A stretch of 64,000 nucleotides of DNA. It comes from Octopus vulgaris (Eukaryota). Each line of letters starts with the position of its first letter. Position 1 is the first letter of the stretch. A program made the translations under genes and the position numbers. Shown here piece by piece: positions 25,517 to 40,280 of this stretch. The notes under the pieces are model-generated. The model worked only from the letters and a program-made list of their open reading frames with translations, did no database searches and was not told where the DNA came from. Where the stretch lies: contig OX597820.1 in NCBI GenBank assembly GCA_951406725.2, forward strand, positions 54,994,001-55,058,000, in the 5' to 3' direction.

Positions 25517-26062
25517 GTAGTAGTAGTAGTAGTACTAGCAGTAGTAGTAGTAGTATTAGTTGTAGTAGTAGCAATAGTAGTAGTAACTGTAGCAGTAGTA
25601 GTAGTATTTGGCAGTATCATTAGAGTATCAAATAAAACACTTTGCAGTATTTGTTCTGGCTCTTTAGACTCTGAGTTCAAATCCTGCCAAGGTCAACTTT
25701 GCTTGCCGTCCTTTCGGGGTCGATAAAATGAGTGACAGTCAAGTACCGGAGTCAATGTAATTGACTTCCCCCTCCCCTCAAAAACTGCTAGCCTTGTGCC
25801 AAAATTTGAAACTGTTGTTATTATTATTATTATTATTGTATGTGATACATATATATCAGTTTTGTATCATAAGCATACTGGGTACTTTTAGTGGTCCTCC
25901 TGACTTTGTATCCATGAATATCTAACACACACACACACACATATGATATGAGTGTTTCATGTAAAATCATACTTTAAAAAATCATGCAACAAGTACATTT
26001 TATCTTGGGCAAAACTTTGGAGTCACTGTCAACATTTTGTTTATATAATAAATATATATGTT

Positions 26063-26102
<40 letters not shown>

Positions 26103-26142
26103 TAAATATAATATATATAACATATATATATATAATATATAT

Positions 26143-26185
<43 letters not shown>

Positions 26186-28323
26186 CACCCACTACACTCA
26201 TGGAGTGGTTGGCGTTAGGAAGGGCATCCAGCCGTAGAAACACTGCCAGATCAAACTGGGCCTGATGCAGCCTTCTGGCTTCACAGACCCCAGTTGAACC
26301 GTCCAACCCATGCTAGCATGGAAAGCGGACGCTAAATGATGATGATGATGATGATGATAATTATCAAAACTGCAAAAACTTCACAAAATATCATATGTAT
26401 GTATATTGCCTTACTTACTCTTCACTCACTCACCTATTGTCTAGAGAAGCTTGGAAACTTTAATCTTCATATGTTAAAAAATACTTTGAGGATAGACAGA
26501 AAGTGTGTATGATATACTGGGTTTGATTGAATCAACTGGCCAGCTGTAGCCAGCTTCTTCAACTGCTCCCCCATTCTCTTCTTTATGTTCAGCACTTCAC
26601 ATCATCACCTGCTTTTCGTGAGCCAATAAGGAGGCTTTATGCAGCCACTAGACCTGTACAAAAAAAAAAGCAACCAAATCTCCCTTGAATTATGGCCTAC
26701 CATTTAAAAACAAAAAAAAAAGGAAGAACATATTGGATAATGATACACGAGATGCACAATGTTTGAGTAAAAGAAGGAATGGCCACCATTGGAACACCAT
26801 TGACCATAGATCTGCTCAGTCACTGCTGACCCTGGGCTAAAGAACAAGAACAGTTTGTAAGCACCCTTCGATGCAGCTGTCTGCTCCTCCTCCTCCTGCT
26901 TATAGATACCATCATCACCAGAACCACCATTATTCTCATTGTTACTTCCATCACCTTCTGTGACTTCCATGACCATTACCACTGATTTCATCCAATCCAC
27001 TCTATTGTGGATTAAGTATGAAGAGCATCTTTACTATTGGTAATGTTAACCACTCTGTGTGTCAGTACCACCATCACCACCTCCACAATCATTACCACCA
27101 TCACAATTGTCATCACTCTTTCCTCTACTACCACCACTATGATTATCACATCACAGTTTTATCAATGCTGCTGCCATTGTCACCATCATAACTACCCCCT
27201 TTCCCCCCCCCAACACCGCTGCCACCACTCACCATCATTACTGCCCCTCTCCCTACTACCACTCAACCATCATCACCTGCCCATCTCCTCCTCCTCCTCC
27301 TCCTCGTTGTCCTCCTCCACTCTCTGTCTTTTGTTAATGTATGTGCAGCAGCTGAATTAGTTCCAATTGACAGTTTTACTCCACCATAACTTCTGATTGA
27401 TGTCACCGACTAGGCTGAGAGTGAGAGGTTTTCAAGGGTGGAGGGAAAGAGGGTGTCTTTAGTGGGTTGAAGAAGGGCAGAGTTGATATTGGTTTTTATA
27501 TTTTATTAACATTTTCAAAATTGTTTTCTGTAGATGCTTCCATAAATTGCCCTTCTTATACCTGCACACATACATACACAACATGCCCAGGCAAACTCCT
27601 TTACACATACATTCAACCATGACAGCATATAATATACACACATACTCTTAGGTACATACTTACACATGTACAGACACACACAGAGCTATTTTGATGTACA
27701 ATACATACACATACAAAGACACTATCTGTCTAACACTCTTTCACATATACTTACACATTTATGTTCCTTCATCCACAAACAAAAGGATACATGATACTGA
27801 AATGCAATATATATATATATATATATATATATAAGCACACCTCTTATAGAATCTTTTTTCACACACATGCATATTGATAAAACCATTCCTTTATGGGTAT
27901 ATTCATAAACACCCATATGCAAATGAACAGGCATGCACATTCTTTTACACTCTCATTTGGGTATACAAACCCCCTATACATATAAACATTCATGTCAATC
28001 TAGCTATCTCTCTGGATACCCACATGTATAAACATTTCTAAACACTGCCATAAGCACTTCTGTTCACACGCATACTTATACGTGTATATCACTACTCAAA
28101 AGGAAATACCCATGGGTAATATGTGCATACATATGGTCATTACATGCAGAAAATCCCTCGGTTGCTCCAACCCAACTTGTCCCAACAGTGTTTTCTCCAT
28201 CACCTTCAATCAGTGTGTTCTAGAATTAGCATGGATCCTTGGCAAACTCTGCCCCCCCCTCTCTCTCATGTCCCATCACTCCATTTGTATTTCAGTTTGA
28301 GAAGAAAATATATATGCATATAG

Positions 28324-28484
28324 CTGCAGGAGTGGCTGTGTGGTAAGTAGCTTGCTTACCAACCACATGGCTCCTGGTTCTGTCCCACTGTGTGGCACCT
28401 TGGGCAAGTGTTTTCTACTATAGCCTCGTGCCGACCAAAGCCTTGTGAGTGGATTTGGTAGATGGAAACTGAAAGACGCCCGTC

Positions 28485-28532
<48 letters not shown>

Positions 28533-28760
28533 ATGTGTGTGTATATGTTTGTGCATCTGTGTTTGTCCCCACCAACATCGCTTGACAACCGATGCTGGTG
28601 CCTTTACGTCCTCATAACTTAGTGGTTTGGCAAAAGAAACTGATAGAATAAGCACTAGGTTTACAAAAAATAAGGCCTGGGGTCGATTTGCTCGACTAAT
28701 GGCAGTGATCCAGCATGGCTGCAGTCAAATGACTGAAACAAGTAAAAGAATAAAAGAATA
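28324..28760 (+). mobile_element. tRNA-derived SINE family B copy with internal (TA)n
   Basis: A/B-box-like head tggctgtgtggtaag...ggttctgtccc, core ccttgggcaagtg, tail agtaaaagaataaaagaata. Other copies at ~8200, 15588, 37040, 37617, 43575, 47395. Confidence 0.85.
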
Positions 28761-28859
28761 TGTGTATGTGCATTTAAAGGTTGTTTACATGTGTGTCTGT
28801 GTACACGGATAGATAAATAGATTAATAGACAGAAGAAATGTTTATATATATAAGTACTA

Positions 28860-29010
28860 TATGTATAAGTGAATGGAACTTTTGGAAGAGAGAGACCCAG
28901 GAAGACATGGGATGATGTATTGAAGGACAATCTCAAACGCTGAGTTTCTCAAAGAATATGACAAAGGACCAAGATCTGGCACTTTGCTGTACTCAAGAAG
29001 ACACTACCAC
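28860..29010 (+). mobile_element. RTE-related LINE 3' end fragment
   Basis: VNGTFGRERPRKTWDDVLKDNLK matches the G.R.RGRP.KTW...V..DL C-terminal motif. Confidence 0.55.
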
Positions 29011-29291
29011 CACAGCAGAATTCATATCCTAAAGCCACCTTAGTAATGCATGTCCATGAGGGGCTCTACCCCTTCACCTTTGTTCTTCCACCCACATTTC
29101 ATTCCCTGACATCCATCAATCTCTCTTTCACCTGGGAGCAGAATAGGCACATATTACACCTACTGGTTTTCTCCGTTCCCTTTCTTCTGCCACCTAGTGT
29201 CTCCACTAATCATCTATTTTCTGAACCTTCTCTCCCCTCCCTGTACTGCTTTCTGTCATCAACTGCTTAACTACCTGCTATCACCCTCAAT

Positions 29292-29473
29292 GCTCTCCAC
29301 CTTCAATGCCCTTCACCTTCAGTGCCTTCCACCTTCAATGCCCTCCACCTTCAATGCCTTCCACCTTCAATGCCTTCCACCTTCAATGCCCTCCACCTTC
29401 AATGCCCTCCACCTTCAATGCCCTCCACCTTCAATGCCCTCCACCTTCAATGCTCTCCACCTTCAATGCCCTC
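29292..29473. repeat. 16-bp tandem repeat (CCCTCCACCTTCAATG)n, ~11 units
   Basis: Directly visible; produces the spurious periodic ORFs 29197-29772 and 29306-29815. Confidence 0.95.
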
Positions 29474-30549
29474 ACATGTCTACTGCAATCCCCACTCCTA
29501 AGCATCTTTTATGTTTTTCTTCATCATTTGCTACAGCCACACCATCCTGCTCACTCACCCAGCCCAAACCTCTACAGCACCTATTCTCACCATCCTCAAT
29601 GTCCCTTGAGGGCATATCCCAACACATTCCCACCATCATTTCGCTCACTATCACTCACTTTATCTTACTCTCCAACTCACACACTTTTGTTTTCCAGCTG
29701 CAATATCCATGTATTTACTCTACAGCAGGACATCTATATCTGTCCCCTCTATATCTTAAATCTCTCAACTGACTCAAAAACACATCCCTCAATACTACTC
29801 CTCCATCCCAGTTGAGGGCCCTTTGTTTTGCAAGGAACTTGGTGGCTCTGCTGGTGCCACATAAAAAGCACCCAGTACACTCTGTAAAGTGGTTGGTATT
29901 AGGAAGGGCATCCAGCTGTAGAAAGCATGCTAAAACAGACAATGGAATTTGGTGCAGCTTCTGGCCTTGCCAGCTCTTGTCAAACCAACCAACCCATGCC
30001 AGCATGGAAAATGGACATTAAATGTTGATGATGATCTTTGTACATCCAAATGAGTATGTCAAGGAATGTGTGTGTGCATATTCATTTATACATAGATGTT
30101 TGAGTAAATCCATATAAGAATAATTCTGTCAATATTAACATGTCTGTGTGTGTGTAAAAACAATGTAATCTCTGACTTTACCAACAATCAATCTATTGCT
30201 CCCATTCGTATTGAAAATAGTTTTAAACATTCACTTAACTCCATCACCTTGAATAATTTTCCTCTTCAGTGGCTATTTGTATGGCTTTCCTAGAGTTAGA
30301 CCGACTGTCAATTTAAACACTTACTACTTATTAGTGACTTGTAACCTTTGAGAACTTCTACGAAACTAATATCCTTACTGAGTATGTTTCTACAATGGGC
30401 ACATACCAACCTTGTCTCTTTCATCATCACAAAGACACAATCAATGTTAGTATCCAGGAAACAGACTAGTACTGCACTGTCTCTAGTCATGAACAATACA
30501 ACTAAAAGTTTCAAAGTCACTATAAGAGCCAGACTTTAAAATTGTTTAT

Positions 30550-31030
30550 GACTTCCATCCCTACATAACATTATCAAGATCCCATCACTGGAAATATTTC
30601 AGTCCTAAGAAGCTACTGGTCCTTTACAAAATACAAGTAAGACCCACACCAAAATACTGCTGATGCATTTAGGATGGCACTACTACTACTGTACATACAC
30701 AAACATTCTAGACCATTTCTAAAAGTTTCATTCAACAGAATAGTTGTGATTCACTCATGAGACAATAACTGGCTCACAGATACATAGCTTCCGCTTTTAC
30801 CCATCAGTTTTCATTCTTCTACTACTCTGAACTACCTGCATACTCCTCTAGCCACACCCATTTATCTCCTCCATTTCCCCTTGCCCTATCACCCACATAT
30901 GGTTTCACCTCCACAACCCAGTATGGAACCCTTTGCCTAATCCTTCCTTCTTGTTTGCACTATTCTACACCTCAAACATTAACTCATAATTCTTCAAAAT
31001 GAATATAAACTACATTACTGCTGCCAATCT
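30550..31030 (+). mobile_element. Decayed CR1/L2/Jockey-group LINE 3' fragment
   Basis: KYFSPKKLLVLYKIQVRPTPKYC*CI*DG resembles the LYK..IRP.LEYC..IW motif downstream of the RT domain. Confidence 0.55.
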
Positions 31031-31864
31031 ATGAGAGTGGGCTTACAAAGGTCATGGATATTGCCCTTCTTTCCTTGATTTATCAACATCATCAATATTT
31101 TTATACTTCTTTTCTAAAATCGCATGAGTTAGATAGAACATTTTGAGGTAGTGTTTTACAGATGGATGTCTTTCTTGACACCAACTGTTTTAGATATTTC
31201 TTAGAATATGCATAGCTACAGTGAACCTAATCTAAAAACCAAGATATACACAGCAACATATACACAGGTTTGTGTTACACATAAACACATTTTCTTGAAA
31301 TGACTGGAAAGTGCATAACTACATAACCTCTTGAAACATGTATATCATTAAATGTATTTGAAATACCTGAATTACCAATAATTGGTTTCTGTCACTTTTC
31401 AAATATTATGGAACTCATGTTGCCAACAATCTAGTCTACCTTTGCTGAGAAGTAGGATGTTGATTTAAACACTGATACTGAAATATCTGGAAATGTACAT
31501 TGCATTAAAGCAAACTACTAAAGATATATGTATAATCAAGAGAATTGATTATATGATTTCTCACAGTAATTTACCAATTCTATCTCTTTCCTTAGTTGTA
31601 TATGTATGTATGTGTGTAGAACATTACTGACCTCTGTCTAGTGATGTTCTAACTTTCACTGCCTACTTTTTCTTTTTACAGACATAACGTATCTTTGACT
31701 ATACTATCATATGTGTCTGATTTGAAGATAGTAAATAGGATGTGGTTTGAGGAATATTTGGCTCCTATTTCTAGAAGGTCAAATGACCAAGTAGCCACCA
31801 CAAGATCCAGTCTGTGTTGCAGTGGTACTGGCTTGTGTCTTAGTTCTTAGTTACCTTCTGAAGT

Positions 31865-32100
31865 CATACTGACTCATAAGGACCAGGTTTCCGGTTTCAT
31901 AGTATATGTATATTCCCCACCTGGACAGGATGTAGGTCTGTTGCAGGATTACTCATTTTTGCCAGCTGAGTGAACTGGAGCAACATGCAGTAAAGTGTTT
32001 TGCTCAAGAACACAAAGTGTCGCCCAGTCTAGGAATTGAAACCACAACCTTACAATCATGAGTCCAACACCCCAATCACTAAACCATGCACCTCCACAGT
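31865..32100 (-). mobile_element. tRNA-derived SINE, further family
   Basis: Minus strand gcatggtttagtgattggggtgttggactcatgattgtaaggttgtggtttcaattcc then gtgttcttgagcaaaacact; related head at 46577-46680 (+). Confidence 0.65.
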
Positions 32101-33333
32101 GGCTCTGTGCCTCAAAGACTCTGAAAGCTATGTTAGTAGAGCACAAGCTCCTGTTAAGGGCCATTCATGTTGGACAGGTCAAAGATTAGCGGCCAGAATA
32201 ATATAGACCACCTCTTTTCAGTGGTAAAAATGCTTTTGCATAGGACAAACAGCTGCACCCAGGAAAAAGGCTAAGTTACAGAAGCATCAATGACCATCCA
32301 AAACCAACAAGACTTGGAAGAAGAATGCCTTCTCTCAGGGAAATATATTGCAGTGCCACAAAATCTGAAATGAAAAACATATTCTGAAGTGTAAGCGGTG
32401 ATTGATAGGCCATACATTAAGGAAGCCAGCATCCTGCATTACATGTTAGACCCTGCTCTGGAACCCACAAGGGACACAGAAGAGCGGATGCCATAAAAAT
32501 AGCTGGAAGTGAGATACTGAGTCAGAGCTGAAAAAGCAGCAATCCAGATGGAAAGGAGTTTACAAGACAGTCCAGATATGAGAAGACTGGGAAAAAATTG
32601 ATGGTCTATACTCCATAGGGAGTGAAGGGCTTGAGTAAATGACACATTCTTACAACGACCTATTTGTATTGTTGCTGTAGTGTAATTGTTTAGCCCTGAT
32701 TCAGGAGGATGTATGACCAAAACATGCCATCCATGACTATCCCATTTATGTTTTGTTTTCATATGCACTATATCTGAGACTATTTGTATCTTTAGATCCA
32801 ACATTTATTTGTATTTTTAGGATGGTAGGATATGATTTGAGTAAATATTTGACTGCTATATCTTGCAGGTGAAGAATGTAGATGCTCTTTAGTTGGCCGT
32901 TAATAGCAGTGGCTAGTTGACTTTGCATTATTAACAGTGGGTGATAATAAAGGCAGTGTTAAAAGTAATGTTCCTATTGCTGCTGGTGTCCATAAGGACA
33001 ATGATGATGATAATGCTTCTGTTGTTGCTGTCAGTGTTTGTTATTGTCTTCCATTGTACATCAATGAAGCTGTGATTTCAGTGGAGGCAGCAAGAGTGTT
33101 GGTGGTGGTGGTAATGATGAGAAGGAGGGGCTGCAATTCTACATCATCCTGTAAATTATTCCCTCCAACCTACCACCCTTTCTGCTCTCCTCCCTGAAGA
33201 TCTAGTGACTTCCGACAATAATAATTAAAGAGAATATGGTTGAAGTTGACAATTTAATTAGTAATACTTAATTGCCTCATAGATTCGGAAATCACACCCT
33301 CTCTGTTTCTCTCCCTCTTTCTCACTTTATATG

Positions 33334-33374
<41 letters not shown>

Positions 33375-34112
33375 CACACATACATACATACATACATACA
33401 TACATACACACAAACACACACAGATATTTATATATATATGTATATTTTCCTCTTCCATCCTGTTCCCCATCTATCTTTCCTTCCTCTTCCCCTGATCTCT
33501 GTTTTTTTTATTTTATATATTTTTTGTTTGTGTATGTTTTGTGTGTTTTGTCCGTAATCATGTGGCTAATTATTGTTGCCATCATTTTCACTACACTCAC
33601 ACATACACACACACACACTCACAATATTTTATAAACACCTCTTAATAATGTCAACAGATTTTTATGACCTTTTCTCGTATTTCTTTGTTTTTGTAACTAG
33701 TGATGGTAACAATGGGAAAACAGTCATCCAGTTTTAGTGTTGTTGTTATTGTTCTTGCTATAGTATGAATGATATATTTGTATTCAGGTTAACATTTTGG
33801 TATTTTAGCTCGAGAATTAGTTGTCTGGAAATTGATAAATTTCTCCTCATCCTCAAAATAAAACTTGTGCAAGTATCGCTTTGAGTTCAGCTGTTTTCAG
33901 AGTACTTGTTTCTCTGTTTATCAGTCCATCTGTTTGTCTGTTGGATTCTTTCTACTCCTAGTTCTCTCTTACTTCTTCCCATAATGCCCCACTCTATCTT
34001 TCCTCACCCAGATTCTCTTTTTAGGAATTAACAAGAAATTTTATTTGTTTATTACATAATTGAATTCAGGGCAAGTTTTAAAAATTCTCCCTTTTTCTCT
34101 CTCCTGCTAACC

Positions 34113-34280
34113 CAGTCACTCTGTCTACCTTGGTTACCAAGTCCCCCTGGTAAATAAGTCACTCTGTTCATTCCAGCTGATCAAGTCTCTTTTTCCACTC
34201 CAGCTGACTAAATGTCTCTGTCTACTCAATCGGGCAAAGTCCCTCTGTATTCTCCAGCTGTCTAGTTCCTCTGTTTCCAG
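34113..34280. repeat. Degenerate 27-bp tandem repeat
   Basis: aagtcactctgttcattccagctgatc / aagtctctttttccactccagctgact / aaatgtctctgtctactcaatcgggca / aagtccctctgtattctccagctgtct. Confidence 0.7.
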
Positions 34281-35218
34281 AGGATCTATCCCTTTAACTG
34301 CTTTTTGATTATCAACTTTCTAAAGATTGATAGTCAGTTCAGTTATTAATTCACAGTTTTTTTGTTTTTGTTTTTTGTCTATATGCACATACATATTCAG
34401 ATATTTACAGAAAAAGTTTTAGGATCTGGTGATTTAACAGTGGATTTTTTTTTTTTTCCTTTCCCTAACACTCTTCCACTGCGAGACATAAATGGTATTG
34501 GTGATATCTATTTTTCAGCAAGATATGTTAAAATACCTTTATGCTAGTGTGTTTTTGATTGAATGTAAGCTTAGTTAACATATAAACCTTGAATGTAGGG
34601 CTGTCATCTCTGACCAGTGGCCATACCATAATCCATTTGCTTTCCTTTACAATCATCAACTATATAATTTAATCATTAGTCAGAAGATCTTTGTGATCTA
34701 TCTCACCCTTCATGATACAATCCACTATCAACATTTACATCTTTAGATTACATTAGACTAACCCAGCCTCAAAGGATTTCTTTGGCCAACCCTTTTCTGT
34801 ATTCCTGTATTCTCTGAACTTTTTCTGCTCTGTTTTTACTCTGGCTGGTACACTTTTGAACACCCTCCAGTTTGGTATGCATGTGTGTGTGTGTTCCCAG
34901 CAGACCACCCTGCTCTGTTGGACACACCCTGCCTTGTCTTCTGTGTTATGTCCTTAGTCATCATCGACAGTGATGGACAAATTGTGTGTGTGGCATGACA
35001 GATTGTTACAGTAAGGTCTAGTAAATGGGGCCAGTCATGGTACCATGAAAAAAGAATGGTCCAGTAAATCATTTTGATGATAAGCTATACCATTCTGTAA
35101 CTCCTGGTAAATTAGCATGATGCTCCTCTGTAATATGTAGATTCTCAAATCCCCAGCAGGTGCAATTGTGGTGATTAACTGAACCATTTAATTTAAATGT
35201 AACCTCATCCCTCTAAAC

Positions 35219-35542
35219 CAAGGGTTCTCAAACCATTTTTTATCTATGGACCCCTTTGATTACCATTTTATTCTGGTGGACCTCTGTAGCTATTCGATGT
35301 TTAAAAACTAGTTTTATAGAAACTTCTTTCAAGATTTCTATTTCGTTTTTCACACACTAACTTCTATAGATTGAACTATGTAAAATGTTAGAGAAACATG
35401 CAAAAACATACATCTAAAGTAAACTTTTTCAGGGGCCCTCAAAATACTATTGTGGTTTCCCAGTTTACTATTTTGTTGTATGCACCCCAAAAATCTTATA
35501 TGAACCCTCATGGGCCATGTGAAGCCCAGTTGAGAACCACTG
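35219..35542. mobile_element. hAT (Charlie-like) MITE with 8-bp target-site duplication
   Basis: TIRs CAAGGGTTCTCAA / TTGAGAACCACTG; identical 8-bp flanks CTCTAAAC at 35211-35218 and 35543-35550. Confidence 0.9.
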
Positions 35543-36179
35543 CTCTAAACAGTCTTTGTTGGCAAGTGTGCATCTTCTTCACATCTTGCCAAGTACTGCT
35601 CACAAAATTCTACTCTTTGGTCTGGAATCATCTTTATACAGAATATGGGCAATTCTTGGAATGTAACTGCTTGGCTTGTAGGTTTAAAAGTCTGGTTTCT
35701 TTATAGACAAACCTTGTGTTATATGATACTTCAACATCATCTCTCTCTTGCTCTCTCTCTCTCTCTCTCTCTCTGACCAGATAACCAAGTACCTCCTCTA
35801 TAACAAGACACCTGTTTCTCTCTGTCACACTCTAATCTTCTATGATCTAACTCAAGACCACCTACTCAAATACCACAGGTTCTTTGTCTTGCAAGTTACT
35901 TGGTGACCCCGTAAAACACATACAATCCATATTGTAAAGAGGTTGGCACTTGGAAAGGCATCCAACAGTAAAAACCATACCAAAACTGACCTCACCTTTG
36001 CATGTGCCACGTAAAAAGCACTCAGTCCACTCTGCAGGGTGGCTGGTGTTAGGAAGGGCATCCAGCCGTAAAAAGCCATGCCAAAACAGACACAGAAATC
36101 TGATGCAGGCTTCAGTGTGGCCAGCTCCTGTCAAGCCGTCCAAATATGGAGAGCAGATATTAAACAATGATGATGATGA

Positions 36180-36213
<34 letters not shown>

Positions 36214-39200
36214 CTGTGTGATCGAAAACTTTTCAGGAATTGATTCTTTTTCCATTACATCACCAACTTTTTTTGTTTCTGTGGCTAATAATTTTACTTT
36301 GCATCATGCTTTAAGTATTTCCATATTGAAACTTGATTATCATCATATTTTTATCACTTGTATGTATGTTTAACTTTTTATCACCGTCATCAACTGTGTA
36401 ATTTTATTTTTCCTCCTCAATTACACTTGAGCAGAATACAGACAATTGCACAAATTCAATGGAAAGCTAGTCAAACTAATCACCAAAAGATTCACTGCAT
36501 ATTTAACTTCAAGACAATTTCTTTTATCGGAAGATATATGATGATTATTGAAAGTCCTCTTTTTGCCTCAACAGAACTCAGAGCAATGGTATTAATGATA
36601 TATTTAGTCCTTTGTGCTGTTGTTGGACTTTCATAATTATGAAAGCTTTGGGTAACATTTTTTATATAATCACGGAAATGATTAACACAGATTTTATAGT
36701 GAAATTGTTTCTAGAATTATTACAGGTTTTCTTCAGCTATTTCCCAGGGGATAACAACTTCATTAAGTTCATCAAGAATCTGAGTTAACATCGTTTACCA
36801 ATACAAACATTTCACTGCTAGTTTTGTATGGATTATTGCTTGAGTGTATGCTATGAAATTCCATCAACCTTAGTTTTATCTGTTTTATTATTACATCTTA
36901 TAATCCTTGGTGTGGAAAAATTATGTTTTTAATATTTGTTAAACTCAATGTTCCAAAATACTTCAGTTGCTAAATCCTTGTTTTCAAAGCCCCCACCCTC
37001 ACCCCCATTTGCTTTGAAATTTTTTAAATGATTTGATCACAGGCATGGCTATGATTAAGAAGCTTGCTTTCCAACCACATGATTTCGGGTTCAGTCTCAT
37101 TGTGTGGCAACTTGAGCTTGTGTCTTCTACTATAGCCCTAGGCCAACCAACTAAAGTCATGTTTGTGGATTTGGTAGAAACTGAAAGAAGCCCATTGTAT
37201 ATGTGTGTTTGTGTGTGTCTGTGCATGTTTGAGTCTACCCTTGTTTTGACATCATGTGATGGTTATAAATGGGTATCACTGTCATACAAGTGATGTTTAT
37301 TTCTATTCTCCTATGAAAAACGTTTGACCAAGGAGAAATGTTACCTCTTTTGGAAACAAGTGAAGGTTGATGGCAGGAAAGACATCAGACTGAAGAAAAT
37401 CTGTCTCAACAGATTATGGCTGACTCATACAAATATTATCCTCTTCATTAATTTTTTCACTTTTTGATAAACTGAATATTTTGATTGTTAAGTGTTTAAA
37501 TAAAAGGAAAGTTCTTGTAATATATCCTCCAGAAAAGATATGCTGGGAAAATGGTTAGCCATTCTTAGAAATTTTCCCTTTGTAGAAAGAAATTCAAACA
37601 ATCCTAGGTAAGAGGGCACAGGCATGGCTGTGGTAAGAAGCTTGCTTCCCAACCACATGGATCTGGGTTCAGTCCCATTGCAAAGCACCTTGGGCAAGTG
37701 TCTTCTATAGCCTCAGGCTGACCAAAGCCTTGTGAATGGATTTGGTAAACAGAAACTGAAAGAAGCCCGTCATATGTGTGTGTGTCTTTGTGCTTGTCCT
37801 CCCATCACTGCTTGACAACCAGTGTTGGTTTGTTTACATCCCTGTAACTTAGTGGTTCAGTAAAAGAACTGATAGAGGAGTCGATTTGTTCTCTCTATCG
37901 ACTCCTTCTGAGATTAAAATTGCCTGAAGTCAACTTTGTTTTTCATCTTTTCAGGGTTGATAAAATAAGTACCATTTGAGCACAGGAATCAATGTAATTG
38001 ATTTATCTCTTTCCTTAAAATTGCTGGCCTTGTGCCAAAAGTAGAAAGAATTATATATAGTTACTAATAACTTTTATTTATTTATTTATTTATTTTATTT
38101 GCTAGCTTATTTTATTTTGATCTTTTCATTTTATCTTATTTTGGATAACCTGGAGCTAACAGCCCAAATGTGAAATTTCCAAAAATATTATTCGAATATT
38201 TCATTAGAAATTTTATTTTAAACACATTATTATAATACAAAGATAATACAAAGCAAATTTTAATTTAAGCACATAATTATAACACAAATAGAGATTTCAT
38301 TGAAACAAGTTATGATAATACAAACAAAAAGTAAGAATTAAGAATGATATTTGCCTGTAACCATTTTGAATCAGGCTGTCAAATGACGCACAGACTCATT
38401 GGCGGTAGTAAATTTTTAAAAACTAAGCTTGATGCTTGCAATATGATTGTGTAGAAATATATATTGTTGCAACTGCAAGTGGTTGTAAGTCACATAAGTT
38501 GCAAGTTGATGAGTGTCTGTCAGTGTGTGCTCGTGGTATGAGATAGATTTACATGCTGATAGTAATACATAAAATAGTAAAGTCTTTGGGTAGAATGCTT
38601 TGCGGTATTTGCTCCAACTCTTTTGCACAAACACACAAATTGAGGGCAGTAGATGTGCAAAATTGTAAAAGGTTTCAATAAAATGCCTTGTATCTGTTCT
38701 GGCCCTTTGCAATCTACAGCAATGCCTGCAATGACACTGTGACACTGGTGTCAAGCTTTATTGGCTCATGTCTGCAGCCTTTCCCTTGCATAGACATTGG
38801 TGGCACAAGAAGGAGAGATTTGTATGCATAGATAACTGTCAGTCTTCCTCTAAAAATCTTGTCCACATCTGTGCATGCATATACAAATGCATGGTCAACT
38901 TTGACAAAGAGAGGCCCTACATACATGAGTAAATGTGTGTGTTTGTGTGTGTAAACATACATACATATAATCCCTTCTACCATAAGCTCAGGGCCTGAAA
39001 TTTTGGAGGAGGAGGCTAGTCAATTGCATCAACCCAGTACTCAACTATACTTGATTTATTATTAAGGTTACCTGTGCAACTTGTAAATATACAGTTCTTT
39101 TTCCTACTTGCACTCCATCATCACATGACTAAAAAGAGGCAACGATCACGCTGGGATGGTGCTCTTATAATTTAATGCAAAAAGAAAACCTAGAAAAAAA

Positions 39201-39886
39201 TGAATTTAATTATTTTATCATGACTTTCATTCCTTTTTCAGTGATCAGTGATTTAATGTGGAAGTTTAAATTGTCATATAATTTGAATAATATTGTCAAA
39301 GAAGTAGAATTTTTTAATTTATAAAGAGACAATATTTAAGCAATAACAACAAATACAACAAATTTTATAAGTATTGAAAGCTCCTTTTTTTGTATAACTA
39401 CTCCCCTGTAACATTATTTTTTGGCATAATATCAAGTAGGTCTTTACAATTGCAAAGTTATTATTAAGAAGACAATTTTTACTGAAGTTCTCTCTCCATG
39501 AGCTACTAGCATTTTTTAAACCATTATACAAAAAGCATATAATATGCAAATCAAAATATTATTGAGTGTCAAATGTGAACAGTGCCAACCGCAAACATAC
39601 ATAAATAATGACTAATCACATACCTCTGAAAAATTAACAAAATTAATAAAGGTTAAGAAGTCTGTTTTTAAAAAAGGTCTTCCATATCAAATTGATATTT
39701 TTAATTTGAAATTATTGGAAAAATGTTCACGTTTGCACCCCAACTGGAAATTATGCATTTGATATGGGGAAATGTTTGATTTTTAGAACTCTACAGAGTT
39801 CTATGATTTAATTTTAGTAATTGCTTTGTGACTGAATCCTACCATAATACATACATCCACACATATATACATGCGCACATTATATA

Positions 39887-39937
<51 letters not shown>

Positions 39938-39938
39938 A

Positions 39939-40120
39939 CAGGTGATACCTTGCAGTACAAGTTCAATTCGTTCCATGACGGAGCTTGTTTTACGATTTAC
40001 TCGTTTTACAAATCAATTTTCCCCATTGAAATTAACTAAAATATAGTTAATCTATTCCAGCCACCCCAAAACCACCCAAAAATAATTTCTTATGGGTTTT
40101 AAAACAGAAAAGGTGCTGCA
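39939..40120 (+). mobile_element. Tigger-like DNA transposon left-end fragment
   Basis: TA|CAGGTGATACCTTGCAGTACAAGTTCAATTCGTTCC...TTTTCCCCATTGAAAT resembles pogo/Tigger MITE ends; no partner TIR found. Confidence 0.45.
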
Positions 40121-40280
40121 CGGAATTTTGTCAGTGAATAGGTGATGGTCTCAAAGCGACAAATAAATTTTGACAAATTAAATTTAAATGTTGAAGTGAA
40201 TCTAACGGATTTTGTGTGTTTCTTAAATGGCTTTTAAACACCTTCCACACTGCAATTGTTATATATATATATATATATAT

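Noticed and set aside
29197-29815. 191-aa and 169-aa repetitive ORFs
   Set aside because: Produced by a 16-bp tandem repeat that lacks stop codons; no splice or homology support.
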